Source: Pseudomonadota bacterium (GTDB lineage: Bacteria > Pseudomonadota > Gammaproteobacteria > Burkholderiales > Burkholderiaceae_D). From it: a stretch of DNA of 64,000 nucleotides. The stretch's first letter is position 1. Each line of letters starts with the position of its first letter. Location of the stretch: assembly GCA_040758275.1 (NCBI GenBank), contig JBFLVV010000011.1, positions 6,648 to 70,647 on the forward strand. The letters are read 5' to 3'. A program made the translations under genes and the position numbers. Positions 8,708-17,710 of this stretch are shown here, piece after piece. A model generated the notes under the pieces. That model was not told the origin of the DNA. It saw only the letters and a list, made by a program, of their open reading frames with translations, and did no database searches.

Positions 8708-10117
8708 ATGAAGCGACTCGATTCAGATTCGGCCAGCGGTTCGACGAGAGAAGTCGTCGTCGCGATGTGTTTTGTGGGCATGCTGTTCTTCATCCTGGGC
8801 TTCGTCACCTGGCTCAATGGCTCCCTGATTCCCTACCTGAAGATCGTTTGTGACCTGAGCAATTTCCAGGCCCTGTTCGTCACCTTTGCCTTCTACATCG
8901 CCTACACGGTGATGGCCCTGCCATCGGCTGCGGTGCTGGACAAGGTCGGCTACAAGCACGGCATGACCATTGGCCTGGGCGTCATGGCAACCGGCGCCTT
9001 GCTCTTCATTCCGGCGGCCCGCAGCGCCGCCTATCCGCTGTTCCTGCTGGCCCTGTTTACCCTGGCGACTGGCGCCACGCTCATGCAGACGGCCGTCAAT
9101 CCTTACCTGGTCTGCATCGGTTCGCGCGAGAGCGCCGCCATGCGCATCAGCATCATGGGACTGTTCAACAAGGGCGCCGGCGTCGTCGTGCCGCTTCTGT
9201 TCGCGTCACTAATGCTGTCGGGCGTCGGCAATGTCTCGGACGTGGCCCTCGAGGCCATGGGCGCGGCCCAGAAGGAGGCCCTGCGCGCCCAGCTTGCCGA
9301 GCGGCTGGTCTTCCCTTATGTGGTCATGGCGGGCGGCCTGTTGCTGGTCATGGTGATCGTGCACTTCTCGACCCTGCGCGAGATCACGCCGGAGAAGGAT
9401 GCAGGCGACGTTACCGTACGCCGCTTTGGTGTGCTGCAGTTCCCCCAGCTGGTGCTTGGCGCCCTGGCCCTCTTCGCGTATGTCGGCGTGGAAGTCATTG
9501 CAGGGGATACCATCGGGCTCTACGGCCAGCAGCTGAACGTGCAGAACTTCGGCGTGCTGACTTCCTACACCATGGCCTTCATGGTGCTCGGCTACCTGGT
9601 GGGGACCGTCGCCATTCCGCGCCTGCTGGCGCAAAAGACCGCCTTGATGCTCTCGGCCCTGCTCGGACTCCTGTTCACTTGCGGCGTGCTGTTCGGCTCG
9701 TCCACCGATACTGGTCTCGCCCGGGTCCTGCTGGGCTGGCTGGGCGTGCCGGTAGTGCCGGACACGGTGCTGTACCTGGCACTGCTGGGCTTTGCCAATG
9801 CGCTGGTGTGGCCGGCGATCTGGCCGCTGGCGCTGGAGGGATTGGGCAAGTACACGGCCGCGGGGTCGGCCCTGCTGGTGATGGGCGTGGCGGGAGGCGC
9901 GCTGCTGCCCATGCTCTATGGTCACTTCGCGGATGCCGCGCATCCGCAAACGGCTTATGCGGTGATGCTGCCGTGCTATGGCCTGATTCTGTTCTACGCG
10001 CTGAAGGGGCACAGCTTGCGGCGCTGGGGGTGGGGCCAGCTTCCTGTCACGCAGTCTGGCGTATCGTCCGCCGGGAAAATGTCGAGTGCTTCCGCGCAGA
10101 AGGAACCCAGCCGCTAA
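8708..10117 (+). CDS. FucP/GluP-family sugar MFS transporter, probably GlcNAc (NagP-like)
   Basis: FFILGFVTWLNGSLIPYLK, LMQTAVNPY, YVGVEV, ANALVWPAIWPLAL and GVAGGALLP are FucP-family signatures. Substrate inferred from context. Confidence 0.88.
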   Translation: MKRLDSDSASGSTREVVVAMCFVGMLFFILGFVTWLNGSLIPYLKIVCDLSNFQALFVTFAFYIAYTVMALPSAAVLDKVGYKHGMTIGLGVMATGALLFIPAARSAAYPLFLLALFTLATGATLMQTAVNPYLVCIGSRESAAMRISIMGLFNKGAGVVVPLLFASLMLSGVGNVSDVALEAMGAAQKEALRAQLAERLVFPYVVMAGGLLLVMVIVHFSTLREITPEKDAGDVTVRRFGVLQFPQLVLGALALFAYVGVEVIAGDTIGLYGQQLNVQNFGVLTSYTMAFMVLGYLVGTVAIPRLLAQKTALMLSALLGLLFTCGVLFGSSTDTGLARVLLGWLGVPVVPDTVLYLALLGFANALVWPAIWPLALEGLGKYTAAGSALLVMGVAGGALLPMLYGHFADAAHPQTAYAVMLPCYGLILFYALKGHSLRRWGWGQLPVTQSGVSSAGKMSSASAQKEPSR

Positions 10118-10307
10118 TCAGGAGGGTTGCACGCGACACCGCCTTTCGCTGTGGATTGCGCGCTCACCTGCATCACAGCGCAGGGCGATCTTCGGATAAT
10201 TCCGAATGATTTTTCCTTCGTTCAAGTGTCGTGATCCTGCTCAAGAGCGCCAGAAAGTTCCCGACGTGTAATCGCAAGAATCACGCGGCTACTGAACGGA
10301 GGAAGCG

Positions 10308-13286
10308 ATGCTGGACCTTGCCAATGACTTGGGCATATCGGCCTTGCTGGCGCGCTTCACCCAGGATACCCGTCTCATCCGCCTGACAACCGCGCTGGGC
10401 AGCGACCTGCTGGCCGAGTGCGTGCGCGGCGAAGAAGCGATGAGCCAGGGCTACGCCTTCGACATCGAAGCGCTCTCGACAGACGCCCACCTGGAGCTGA
10501 AGCGCCTGATCGGCCAGCCAGCCCTGGTGCAACTGCTGACCTCGACCAGCCATGAGGATCTGCGCCCCTTCCATGGCTACGTCAGTTCGGTCGAGATGAC
10601 GGGCGCCAACGGCGGCTTCGCCCGCTACCTCCTCAGGCTCACTCCCTGGACCAGCTTCCTCTCGCACGGACGGGACAGCCGCATCTTCCAGGACATGAGC
10701 GTCTTCGACATCCTCGACGTCGTCTTCGGCAGCTACACCGGCCGGGGACGGATCGCTCCCGCCTGGCGCTTCGACATCGCCGACCCAAGCGTCTATCCGA
10801 AACGCAGCCTCACCACCCAGTACCAGGAAAGCGACCTCGCTTTCGCCGAGCGCCTGATGCTGGAAGAGGGCTTGTTCTACTTCTTCGAGCACAGCGGTGA
10901 GCCGGACAGCCCCTCGCTGGGCAGCCACACACTGGTGATCGCCGACCACAACGGCGCCTTCCAACCGAACGCCCAGGCCACCGTCGAGTTCACCCGCCCT
11001 GGCGCCGTCATGAAAGCGGACAGCATCGACCGCTGGCGCAGCGAATCGCGCCTGCTGACGAATGCCATCGAGCTGGGCAGCTGGGACTACCGCACGGTAC
11101 GCCATCGCCAGGTACAGGCCGCGTCAAGCGGCGACGGACCACAGCTGTGCCACCGTGACGCGCCCGGCGTCTACGCTTGGCAAGACCGCGAGCAGGGCCA
11201 GCGCCTTGTCGACAACCATCTTCAGGCCATCGACGTAAGACGCCAGGTCTATGTCGGCGCGGGGACGGTGCGCACCTTCGCCCCGGGCACGACCTTTACC
11301 CTGCACGGCCACGCGGTACTCGACAGTTTGGACCATGACGATGGGAGGACGTTCGCCATCGTCCGGGCCGTTCATCTGATGCACAACAACCTGGGCGCGG
11401 ACCTGCTCGATGGCGTCCACAAGCTGCTGGGGCAGGGGAGTGTGGCTGCAGCTGCGGCTGGAGAAACTGCCTGGAGGATGCCGGAGGATCGACCGCTGTA
11501 CCGCAACCGCATCGACGCCATCCCGGCAAGCCTGCCTTACCGCAGCTGTGCCGGCGACGGCCGCGGCGCCATCCTGCACCCCAGGCCGACCGTCCACGGG
11601 CAGCAGACCGCCGTCGTCGTCGGTCCGCCTGGGGCGGTCGTTCATACGGACCGGGATCACCGCATCAAGGTGCAGTTCCACTGGCAACGCGGTGCGGCCA
11701 GCCACAGCCGCATGGAGCATCCGTCGCCGGACGGCCATACCGGCGCCCCTGGCGACGACAAGGCCGGCACCTGGGTGCGTGTGGCGACGCCGGTGGCCGG
11801 CGCGAACTGGGGCAGCAATATGGTGCCGCGCGTCGGGCAGGAGGTGCTGGTGGATTTCATCGATGGCGATATCGACCGGCCTGTCGTGATCGGCTGCCTG
11901 TACAACGGACGCGGGCGCCCGGATGCGGCGCACAACGCGGTCGGGCAGGGAGCCGGCGCGGTGACGGGCAACGCGGCGCCATGGTTCCCGGGGGAGAGCG
12001 GCGGGCATGCGCATCCTGCGGTGCTGTCGGGCTTCAAGTCGCAGGCAATGGGGGCCAGCCAGAGCGGGGATGGGGCCTACAACCAGTTGGTGTTCGACGA
12101 TACCGCGGGGCAGGGACGGATTGCTCTTCAACACCATTCGAAAGCGCATGACGGGGCGGCCGAGCTGAATCTGGGACATCTGCGGCACCAGAGCGGCAAC
12201 GAGCGGCTGGACACGGTGGGTTTTGGTGCGGAACTCAAGACGGCAAACAGTGCAGCCTTGCGTGCGGGGCAGGGCATGTTGCTGTCGACGGATGCGCGCA
12301 CCGGGGTACGTGGCAGCCAGCTGGGTGCGAGCGAGGCGGTGAGCCAGATCGAAGCATGCCATGGCCTGCAGCTTGATCTCGCGACGCTGGCGCAGAAGCA
12401 CAACGCCAAGCTGAAGGATGAGCCGGAGCCTGCGGATTGTCCGGCAATCAAGCAGATGGCGCACAGCGCGGAAGTCTTGCAGAACATGGATGGGACGGCC
12501 GAGGCGTATAGCGAGCCGCAGCTGCAATTGTCGAGCCCGGCAGGCATCGTTGCCTGCACGCCGGCGGATGCCGTGGTGTCGGCGGGGACGACCGGCAGCA
12601 TCGTTGCGGGGCAGGACATCAATTTTGCTGTGCAGGGGAATGCGTCCACGCTGGTGGCGAAGGGGATCAGCTTTTTCACCTATGGCAAGACGACGAATGC
12701 ATCGAAGCCGAATCAGGAGGTGGGCATCAAGCTGCATGCGGCCAGTGGGAAATTCAGCAGCCAGAGCCAGTCAGGGCCGACTTCGCTGACGGCAGACAAG
12801 AAGATCACCGTCGCCAGCATCACGAAATCGGTGTCGATTTCGGCGCCGAAAAAACATGTGCTGCTGACTGCGCAGGGCGCTTACATCAAGCTCGAGGGTG
12901 GGAATATCGAGGTGCATGCGCCAGGGAAGGTGGACTTCAAGGCGAGCAAGAAGGAGCTGGCTGGGCCGCGCAATGTCAGCATTGACGTACCTCGCCTACC
13001 TACACCTGAAGAACTTCTGAGTGCCGAAAAGCCGTTTTACAGTCAGCGGTTCGATCTGTCCCATTTAGCGTTGAATCATCCACTAGGATTTTCAACTGAG
13101 CGTTTGCCGTACGAGGTATTCGATGCTGAGGGCAAGTTTATTACGTCGGGGGTAACAGATGCTAATGGCCTGACAGACCGGATATTGACCAATTCCGAGA
13201 CCGATCTCATTATGTTAATTGGTGGTGGGTCGTGGCAAGTGGAAGAATATATTGAAGCCGCTAAGGAAGATCACACAGTGAAATAG
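10308..13286 (+). CDS. vgrG: Type VI secretion spike protein VgrG with DUF2345 and a C-terminal extension
   Basis: QYQESDLAFAERLMLEEGLFYFFEH, DHRIKVQFHWQR, WVRVA..AGANWG..VPRVGQEVLVDFIDGDIDRPVVIGCLYNG, GIEV..PG/KELAGP end of DUF2345. SD GGAGG upstream. Confidence 0.95.
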   Translation: MLDLANDLGISALLARFTQDTRLIRLTTALGSDLLAECVRGEEAMSQGYAFDIEALSTDAHLELKRLIGQPALVQLLTSTSHEDLRPFHGYVSSVEMTGANGGFARYLLRLTPWTSFLSHGRDSRIFQDMSVFDILDVVFGSYTGRGRIAPAWRFDIADPSVYPKRSLTTQYQESDLAFAERLMLEEGLFYFFEHSGEPDSPSLGSHTLVIADHNGAFQPNAQATVEFTRPGAVMKADSIDRWRSESRLLTNAIELGSWDYRTVRHRQVQAASSGDGPQLCHRDAPGVYAWQDREQGQRLVDNHLQAIDVRRQVYVGAGTVRTFAPGTTFTLHGHAVLDSLDHDDGRTFAIVRAVHLMHNNLGADLLDGVHKLLGQGSVAAAAAGETAWRMPEDRPLYRNRIDAIPASLPYRSCAGDGRGAILHPRPTVHGQQTAVVVGPPGAVVHTDRDHRIKVQFHWQRGAASHSRMEHPSPDGHTGAPGDDKAGTWVRVATPVAGANWGSNMVPRVGQEVLVDFIDGDIDRPVVIGCLYNGRGRPDAAHNAVGQGAGAVTGNAAPWFPGESGGHAHPAVLSGFKSQAMGASQSGDGAYNQLVFDDTAGQGRIALQHHSKAHDGAAELNLGHLRHQSGNERLDTVGFGAELKTANSAALRAGQGMLLSTDARTGVRGSQLGASEAVSQIEACHGLQLDLATLAQKHNAKLKDEPEPADCPAIKQMAHSAEVLQNMDGTAEAYSEPQLQLSSPAGIVACTPADAVVSAGTTGSIVAGQDINFAVQGNASTLVAKGISFFTYGKTTNASKPNQEVGIKLHAASGKFSSQSQSGPTSLTADKKITVASITKSVSISAPKKHVLLTAQGAYIKLEGGNIEVHAPGKVDFKASKKELAGPRNVSIDVPRLPTPEELLSAEKPFYSQRFDLSHLALNHPLGFSTERLPYEVFDAEGKFITSGVTDANGLTDRILTNSETDLIMLIGGGSWQVEEYIEAAKEDHTVK

Positions 13287-13334
13287 GCGCGAAGCTGCTC
13301 CGGGCATCACAGGCTCTTTAGATATCAAACACCT

Positions 13335-14582
13335 ATGGCTGAAAAAATTTATACTATTCAAGTATTATTCTTGGATGCTGATCGAAATCCGATAAAGGAT
13401 CAGCGTTATCGACTCTATTTTAACGGTGCAATGGTTTCCGCTCAAACCGGGTTGGATGGCTTGTCAAAAAAAATAAGAACAAAATCCTCCGGTGACGAGA
13501 TACAGATAGCTGTCGAGAGATTAGATAAATCAATCAAAGTTGTTGCCCGAGTGTTTTCTGAGGTTGGGAGTAAACTGGTTACATTGATCAGCCCGAAGAT
13601 CAAGATTGCTAGTTCGACCTTACCCCATACCACCGCCTCCGCTGGACAAGTACCCAGCAAGAAAGAATCTGGCCCTCCAATCTACGATCCGCAGAGGCCG
13701 AAAAGCCCGACGGTGAAGAAAGATTTTGGCACAACCGTCGCGGCGCAAAAAAATCAGGCTGGAAATCCTGTCTCGAAGATCGAAGGAGATATACCGAACC
13801 TCGAGTTTTTAGACGAATTTAATGGCGAGGTCATGACTGACGATGATTACCTGTGGGCGTCAAAAAGACTTGGCATTGAATTTGCTGCGATCAAGGCTTT
13901 TGCGATCGTTGAGTCCATGGGTAAGGGCTTTATAACGATTCGAGATAAAACCCTACCTAAAATTCTATACGAGCGCCATAAATTCGCTGCATTTACAAAC
14001 AATGAGTTCAGCAAGCTAAACCCAGACATATCGTCACCTTGTGGCTATTATTATCGGGAGCAACTGTATGTGCCAGCAACCAAAGAGAACAAGAAGCGGA
14101 AGAAGATTCCTGAGGATGTAGATTATTATCGTCCGGTAAACACCAAGGACAACGACGAGACAAAGGCTGAAGCGAGGAAATTCAAGGATCTCGTCAAAAG
14201 TGAGGTACTGGACTACGAGACGCATGCATATTTTGATGGAATAGGTAGCTATAGACGACTGATTAAAGCATACAAACTACATCCGGAAGCAGCGCTTGAA
14301 AGCTGTTCTTGGGGCAGTTTTCAAATTATGGGGGAGTATTGGAAGACAATGGGGTACGCGAGTGTGGCCGAATTTACGAAATCGATGTCTCGCTCACCGA
14401 AGGATCAGGTAAAAGCTTTTGTCTTGTACATTGAGCTTGTAAATCCAAAAATAAGGAAATATTTAAAGGCCTTGGATTGGGAGTCTGCTGCGAGAGCATA
14501 TAATGGACCAAGTTACCGATTGAATAAGTATCACATAAAAATCCGAGAAGCATATGAGAAGTTTAAACGGGAGGAGTCATGA
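13335..14582 (+). CDS. Putative T6SS effector with C-terminal N-acetylmuramidase (DUF3380-like) domain
   Basis: AIKAFAIVES.G.GF...PKILYERHKF, AALESCSWGSFQIMG and WESAARAYNGPSY..NKYH motifs. AT-rich, directly downstream of vgrG, no signal peptide. Confidence 0.8.
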   Translation: MAEKIYTIQVLFLDADRNPIKDQRYRLYFNGAMVSAQTGLDGLSKKIRTKSSGDEIQIAVERLDKSIKVVARVFSEVGSKLVTLISPKIKIASSTLPHTTASAGQVPSKKESGPPIYDPQRPKSPTVKKDFGTTVAAQKNQAGNPVSKIEGDIPNLEFLDEFNGEVMTDDDYLWASKRLGIEFAAIKAFAIVESMGKGFITIRDKTLPKILYERHKFAAFTNNEFSKLNPDISSPCGYYYREQLYVPATKENKKRKKIPEDVDYYRPVNTKDNDETKAEARKFKDLVKSEVLDYETHAYFDGIGSYRRLIKAYKLHPEAALESCSWGSFQIMGEYWKTMGYASVAEFTKSMSRSPKDQVKAFVLYIELVNPKIRKYLKALDWESAARAYNGPSYRLNKYHIKIREAYEKFKREES

Positions 14583-15244
14583 AAAAAAATGCGATGTTAA
14601 TTATCCTGGCCATACTCCAATGCGCAAGTATTTCGCTTCATGCTCACGAGTTGAAGCGTTCGGCTAAGACCGATAGCTGGGAGAATCCGTTCATAGCCTA
14701 CGGATACAATCCGAAGACTAGAATAACAACAGGATATTTAGCGGCGCTAAGGATTTCTCCAGGGAGGACCGATGAGTGCAAGTTAGTATTCGCTGGCGAC
14801 ATCGATAAATCTCATAATTTTTCTGTGAAATATACTGCAGAGACCGGGACTAATGGGAGCCAAGAGCCACCGCGTAGGAGTGTTTCTCTATTCGGGAGGC
14901 AGGATGCTTCAGAGCTTAAGTTCATAAAGAAAGACATGGGGGGGGATTGTGATTGGGTACTCCCATTTGTCGTCGAGTCAGAAGTGCCAGAAAATCCAGA
15001 TGAAGTTATCGTTGCAATGGAAGCTAAAAATGTCGGAGATTGGGTTTCCGTGTATGTAATTAGAGCGAAGAAAGCGCAGTTCTATAGTCAACCGGACAGT
15101 TCAACAGCGAAGAAGGCTTTCCTGGTGAAAGGCGATGTTATTTACGTTTATGAAGAGCAGCCTGAGTGGTATTTTGTTAAGTACGATAACGGGAGGAGAA
15201 AGACGGAAGGGTGGATAAAAAGGTCCGACACATTGCAACCGTAA
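14579..15244 (+). CDS. Putative periplasmic immunity protein with C-terminal SH3b-like domain
   Basis: Sec signal peptide; C-terminal KAQFYSQPD...KAFLVKGDVIYVYEEQPEWYFVKY..GWIK resembles SH3b. ATGA overlap with the effector stop and GAGGAG SD; AT-rich. Confidence 0.65.
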   Translation: MKKNAMLIILAILQCASISLHAHELKRSAKTDSWENPFIAYGYNPKTRITTGYLAALRISPGRTDECKLVFAGDIDKSHNFSVKYTAETGTNGSQEPPRRSVSLFGRQDASELKFIKKDMGGDCDWVLPFVVESEVPENPDEVIVAMEAKNVGDWVSVYVIRAKKAQFYSQPDSSTAKKAFLVKGDVIYVYEEQPEWYFVKYDNGRRKTEGWIKRSDTLQP

Positions 15245-15370
15245 CTTTGTTATGTACTCAGAGTCTTTGCATTACCGGTAAGGCGAGATGCACCAAAATT
15301 TGCGGGCCTTGAAAATTCGATTGTGAGTACAACATGCAGTTTTAACCACATCACGATGAGGAGCACCACC

Positions 15371-16027
15371 ATGAGCCCATCCGATACCCAAAAACTGCAT
15401 GACTTCCTCGGCCAACTCGTCCAGGCCCGCGGCATCCAGAAAGACCCCGAAGCCGATGCCCTGATCCAGCGCGCCGTCGCCCAGCAACCGGACGCCGCCT
15501 ACCTGCTGGTCCAACGCGCACTGCTGATGGAGCAGGCCCTCGACGCCGCCAGGTCGCGCATCGCCATGCTGGAAAGCCAGCTCGACAACCAGCAGCGCAG
15601 CAGCGGCGGCTTCCTCGATCCGAACAGCTGGGGCAACCGCCACCGCTCCCATCCGCCGCAACACCACCAATCCCAACACATGTCCTGGCAGCACGCCTTC
15701 CCCAGCTTCTCCAACCGCAGCGGTGGTGGCTTCCTGCGTGGTGGTGGGGGCGGAGGCTTGCTCGGCTCGATCGCCGCAACCGCCGCCGGGGTCGCGGCGG
15801 GCAGCTTCCTCTTCCACGGCCTCGACAACCTGTTCCACGACCACGATGCCGGCGGCAACGCCAGCCACTTGCTGTCCGATAACGACCAGTCAGGCAGTGC
15901 GCTGGCCGACCAGGCCGGCATCAACGACATCGGCCAGTCCGACAACCTGCTCGACGATGGAGGCGGCCTCGACGGCCCCGGCGGCTTCTTCGACGGCGAC
16001 GGTTCCGACGAGGGCCTGTTCGGCTAA
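15371..16027 (+). CDS. DUF2076 family protein
   Basis: KDPEADALIQRAVAQQPDAAYLLVQRALLMEQAL, Gly-rich GFLRGGGGGGLLGSIAATAAGVAAG and an acidic tail. SD GAGGAG at 15358. Confidence 0.8.
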   Translation: MSPSDTQKLHDFLGQLVQARGIQKDPEADALIQRAVAQQPDAAYLLVQRALLMEQALDAARSRIAMLESQLDNQQRSSGGFLDPNSWGNRHRSHPPQHHQSQHMSWQHAFPSFSNRSGGGFLRGGGGGGLLGSIAATAAGVAAGSFLFHGLDNLFHDHDAGGNASHLLSDNDQSGSALADQAGINDIGQSDNLLDDGGGLDGPGGFFDGDGSDEGLFG

Positions 16028-16034
16028 GAGAACC

Positions 16035-16817
16035 TCACATCTGCTGGAACAGGTAACCGTGGTTCCGGCTTACCTCCAGCAGTTCCGGGTAGTTGCGCAG
16101 CTTGACCATCTGCCGTCCGCGCAGGTCGCGCGTGACCTCGAGGATGGCGTCCACCCGCACCAGGGTGGAGCGGTGGATGCGCCAGAACTCGTCCGGGTCC
16201 AGCTCGTCCGCCAGCTCCTTGAGCGTCTTGCGGATCAGGAGCTGGGTGCTGGCCGTCTGCACGCAGGTGTACTTGTCGTCGGCCTGGAAGAACAGGATTT
16301 CGCGGGTGCTGACCATGCGCAGGCTGCCGCCCACTTGCGCCTGGATCCAGCGCAGGTAGTTTGGCTTGGCGGCGGCGCTGCCTCCCTTGAGCAGAGCACC
16401 CAGCTCGGCCAGTTGCGCGCCGATGTCCTGTGGCGCCGCCGCATTGCCGGCGAGGCGCTTGCGCAGGCGCTCGCAGGTGGTCTGCAGGCGCGCCGGCGTC
16501 ACCGGTTTCAACAGGTAGTCGATCGCGCCTTGTTCAAAAGCGTCCAGCGCATACTGGTCGTAGGCGGTGGCGAACACGATGTGGCAGCGGTCGTAGAGCT
16601 GGCGCGCCGCGTCGATGCCGCCCATGCCGGGCATGCGGATGTCGAGGAAGACGATATCGGGCTTGTGCTGGGCGGCCAGGGCCACCGCTTCGGCGCCATT
16701 GGCCGCTTCGGCCACGATGCGCAGCTCGGGCCATGCTTCCGCGAGGCGCGTGCGCAGCTGTTCGCGCAGCGGCGCCTCGTCGTCGGCGATCAGTGCGGCT
16801 AGCGTAGCAGCGGGCAT
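16035..16817 (-). CDS. LytTR family response regulator
   Basis: ALIADDE, FLDIRMP (phospho-Asp), DYLLKP and C-terminal FWRIHRSTLV LytTR motif. ATG overlaps the kinase stop (TGATG). Confidence 0.93.
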   Translation of the reverse strand: MPAATLAALIADDEAPLREQLRTRLAEAWPELRIVAEAANGAEAVALAAQHKPDIVFLDIRMPGMGGIDAARQLYDRCHIVFATAYDQYALDAFEQGAIDYLLKPVTPARLQTTCERLRKRLAGNAAAPQDIGAQLAELGALLKGGSAAAKPNYLRWIQAQVGGSLRMVSTREILFFQADDKYTCVQTASTQLLIRKTLKELADELDPDEFWRIHRSTLVRVDAILEVTRDLRGRQMVKLRNYPELLEVSRNHGYLFQQM

Positions 16818-17707
16818 CAATCGAACTCCGTCATCCGGTAGGGCAGGCGGATCGAGGCGCAGGCGCCGCCGCCAGGGGGCATTTCGATCACCAGCTCGGC
16901 ATCCTTCCCGTACAGCAGGGCCAGGCGTTCGCGGATATTGGCCAGGCCCACGCCCTCGTCGGCGTGCAGGTCGATGCCGACGCCGTCGTCGCAGACGTCG
17001 ACGTGCAGGGTCGCGCCGACCACGTGGCCGCGCACGGTGATGGTGCCGCCCGCCACTTTGGGCTCCAGGCCGTGCTTGATCGCGTTCTCGATCAGGGTCT
17101 GCAGCATCATCGGCGGGAAGGGCGCGCTGCCGAGGAAGTCCGGCACCTCGAAGCGCACCGCCAGGCGTTCCTTCATGCGCGCTTGCATGATTGCCAGGTA
17201 GGCACGCGACAGCTCGACCTGCTTGCCCAGGGTGCCGCCGCCACCTGCGCGCATCTGCGGCAGCGAGGAGCGCAGGTATTCGATGAGGTGGGCGTGTACG
17301 CGCGCCGCCTCCTTCGGGTCGGTCTCGATCAGCTGGCCGATCAGGGCCAGGGTGTTGAACAGGAAGTGCGGCTCGACCTGGGCCTGCAGGGTCGCCATCT
17401 GCGCCTCCATCAGGCGCCGCTCGAGGGTGGCGACGTTGGCCTTGTCCGCGGCTTCCTGGGCGGTGAGTTCGGCGCGGCGCTTGCCGCCGGCCAGGACCTT
17501 CACGCCGAAGGAGATCAGGATGAACCAGACGGCCGGCTCGGTCAGGTTGAGCAGGATGCCGAACACGAAGACCAGGAACCAGGTCACGTACAGCTGGCGC
17601 CACTCGACCAGGGCCAGCCAGTCGAAGAAGCGCCACCACAGGACGCTGGCTTCGTTGACGGCTTCGCGCACGAAGTCGATTGCGCGGTTGATCGGAGCGG
17701 CAGCCAT
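16817..17707 (-). CDS. LytS-type sensor histidine kinase (His_kinase PF06580-like) with a short membrane hairpin
   Basis: LQAQVEPHFLFNTL H-box, LQTLIENAIKHG N-box and DDGVG G-box. Confidence 0.92.
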   Translation of the reverse strand: MAAAPINRAIDFVREAVNEASVLWWRFFDWLALVEWRQLYVTWFLVFVFGILLNLTEPAVWFILISFGVKVLAGGKRRAELTAQEAADKANVATLERRLMEAQMATLQAQVEPHFLFNTLALIGQLIETDPKEAARVHAHLIEYLRSSLPQMRAGGGGTLGKQVELSRAYLAIMQARMKERLAVRFEVPDFLGSAPFPPMMLQTLIENAIKHGLEPKVAGGTITVRGHVVGATLHVDVCDDGVGIDLHADEGVGLANIRERLALLYGKDAELVIEMPPGGGACASIRLPYRMTEFD

Positions 17708-17710
17708 GAT

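Noticed and set aside
13335-15244. AT-rich block as a prophage lysis cassette
   Set aside because: No holin, spanin, integrase or structural phage genes; the position after vgrG and the toxin-immunity overlap fit T6SS cargo better.
15310-15340. CTTGAAA as a sigma32 promoter for DUF2076
   Set aside because: No CCCCAT-like -10 at the correct spacing.
15630-15725. His/Gln-rich DUF2076 linker as a possible compensated frameshift
   Set aside because: An alternative frame is Pro-rich, but the ORF is intact and low-complexity linkers vary freely; cannot be supported without an alignment.
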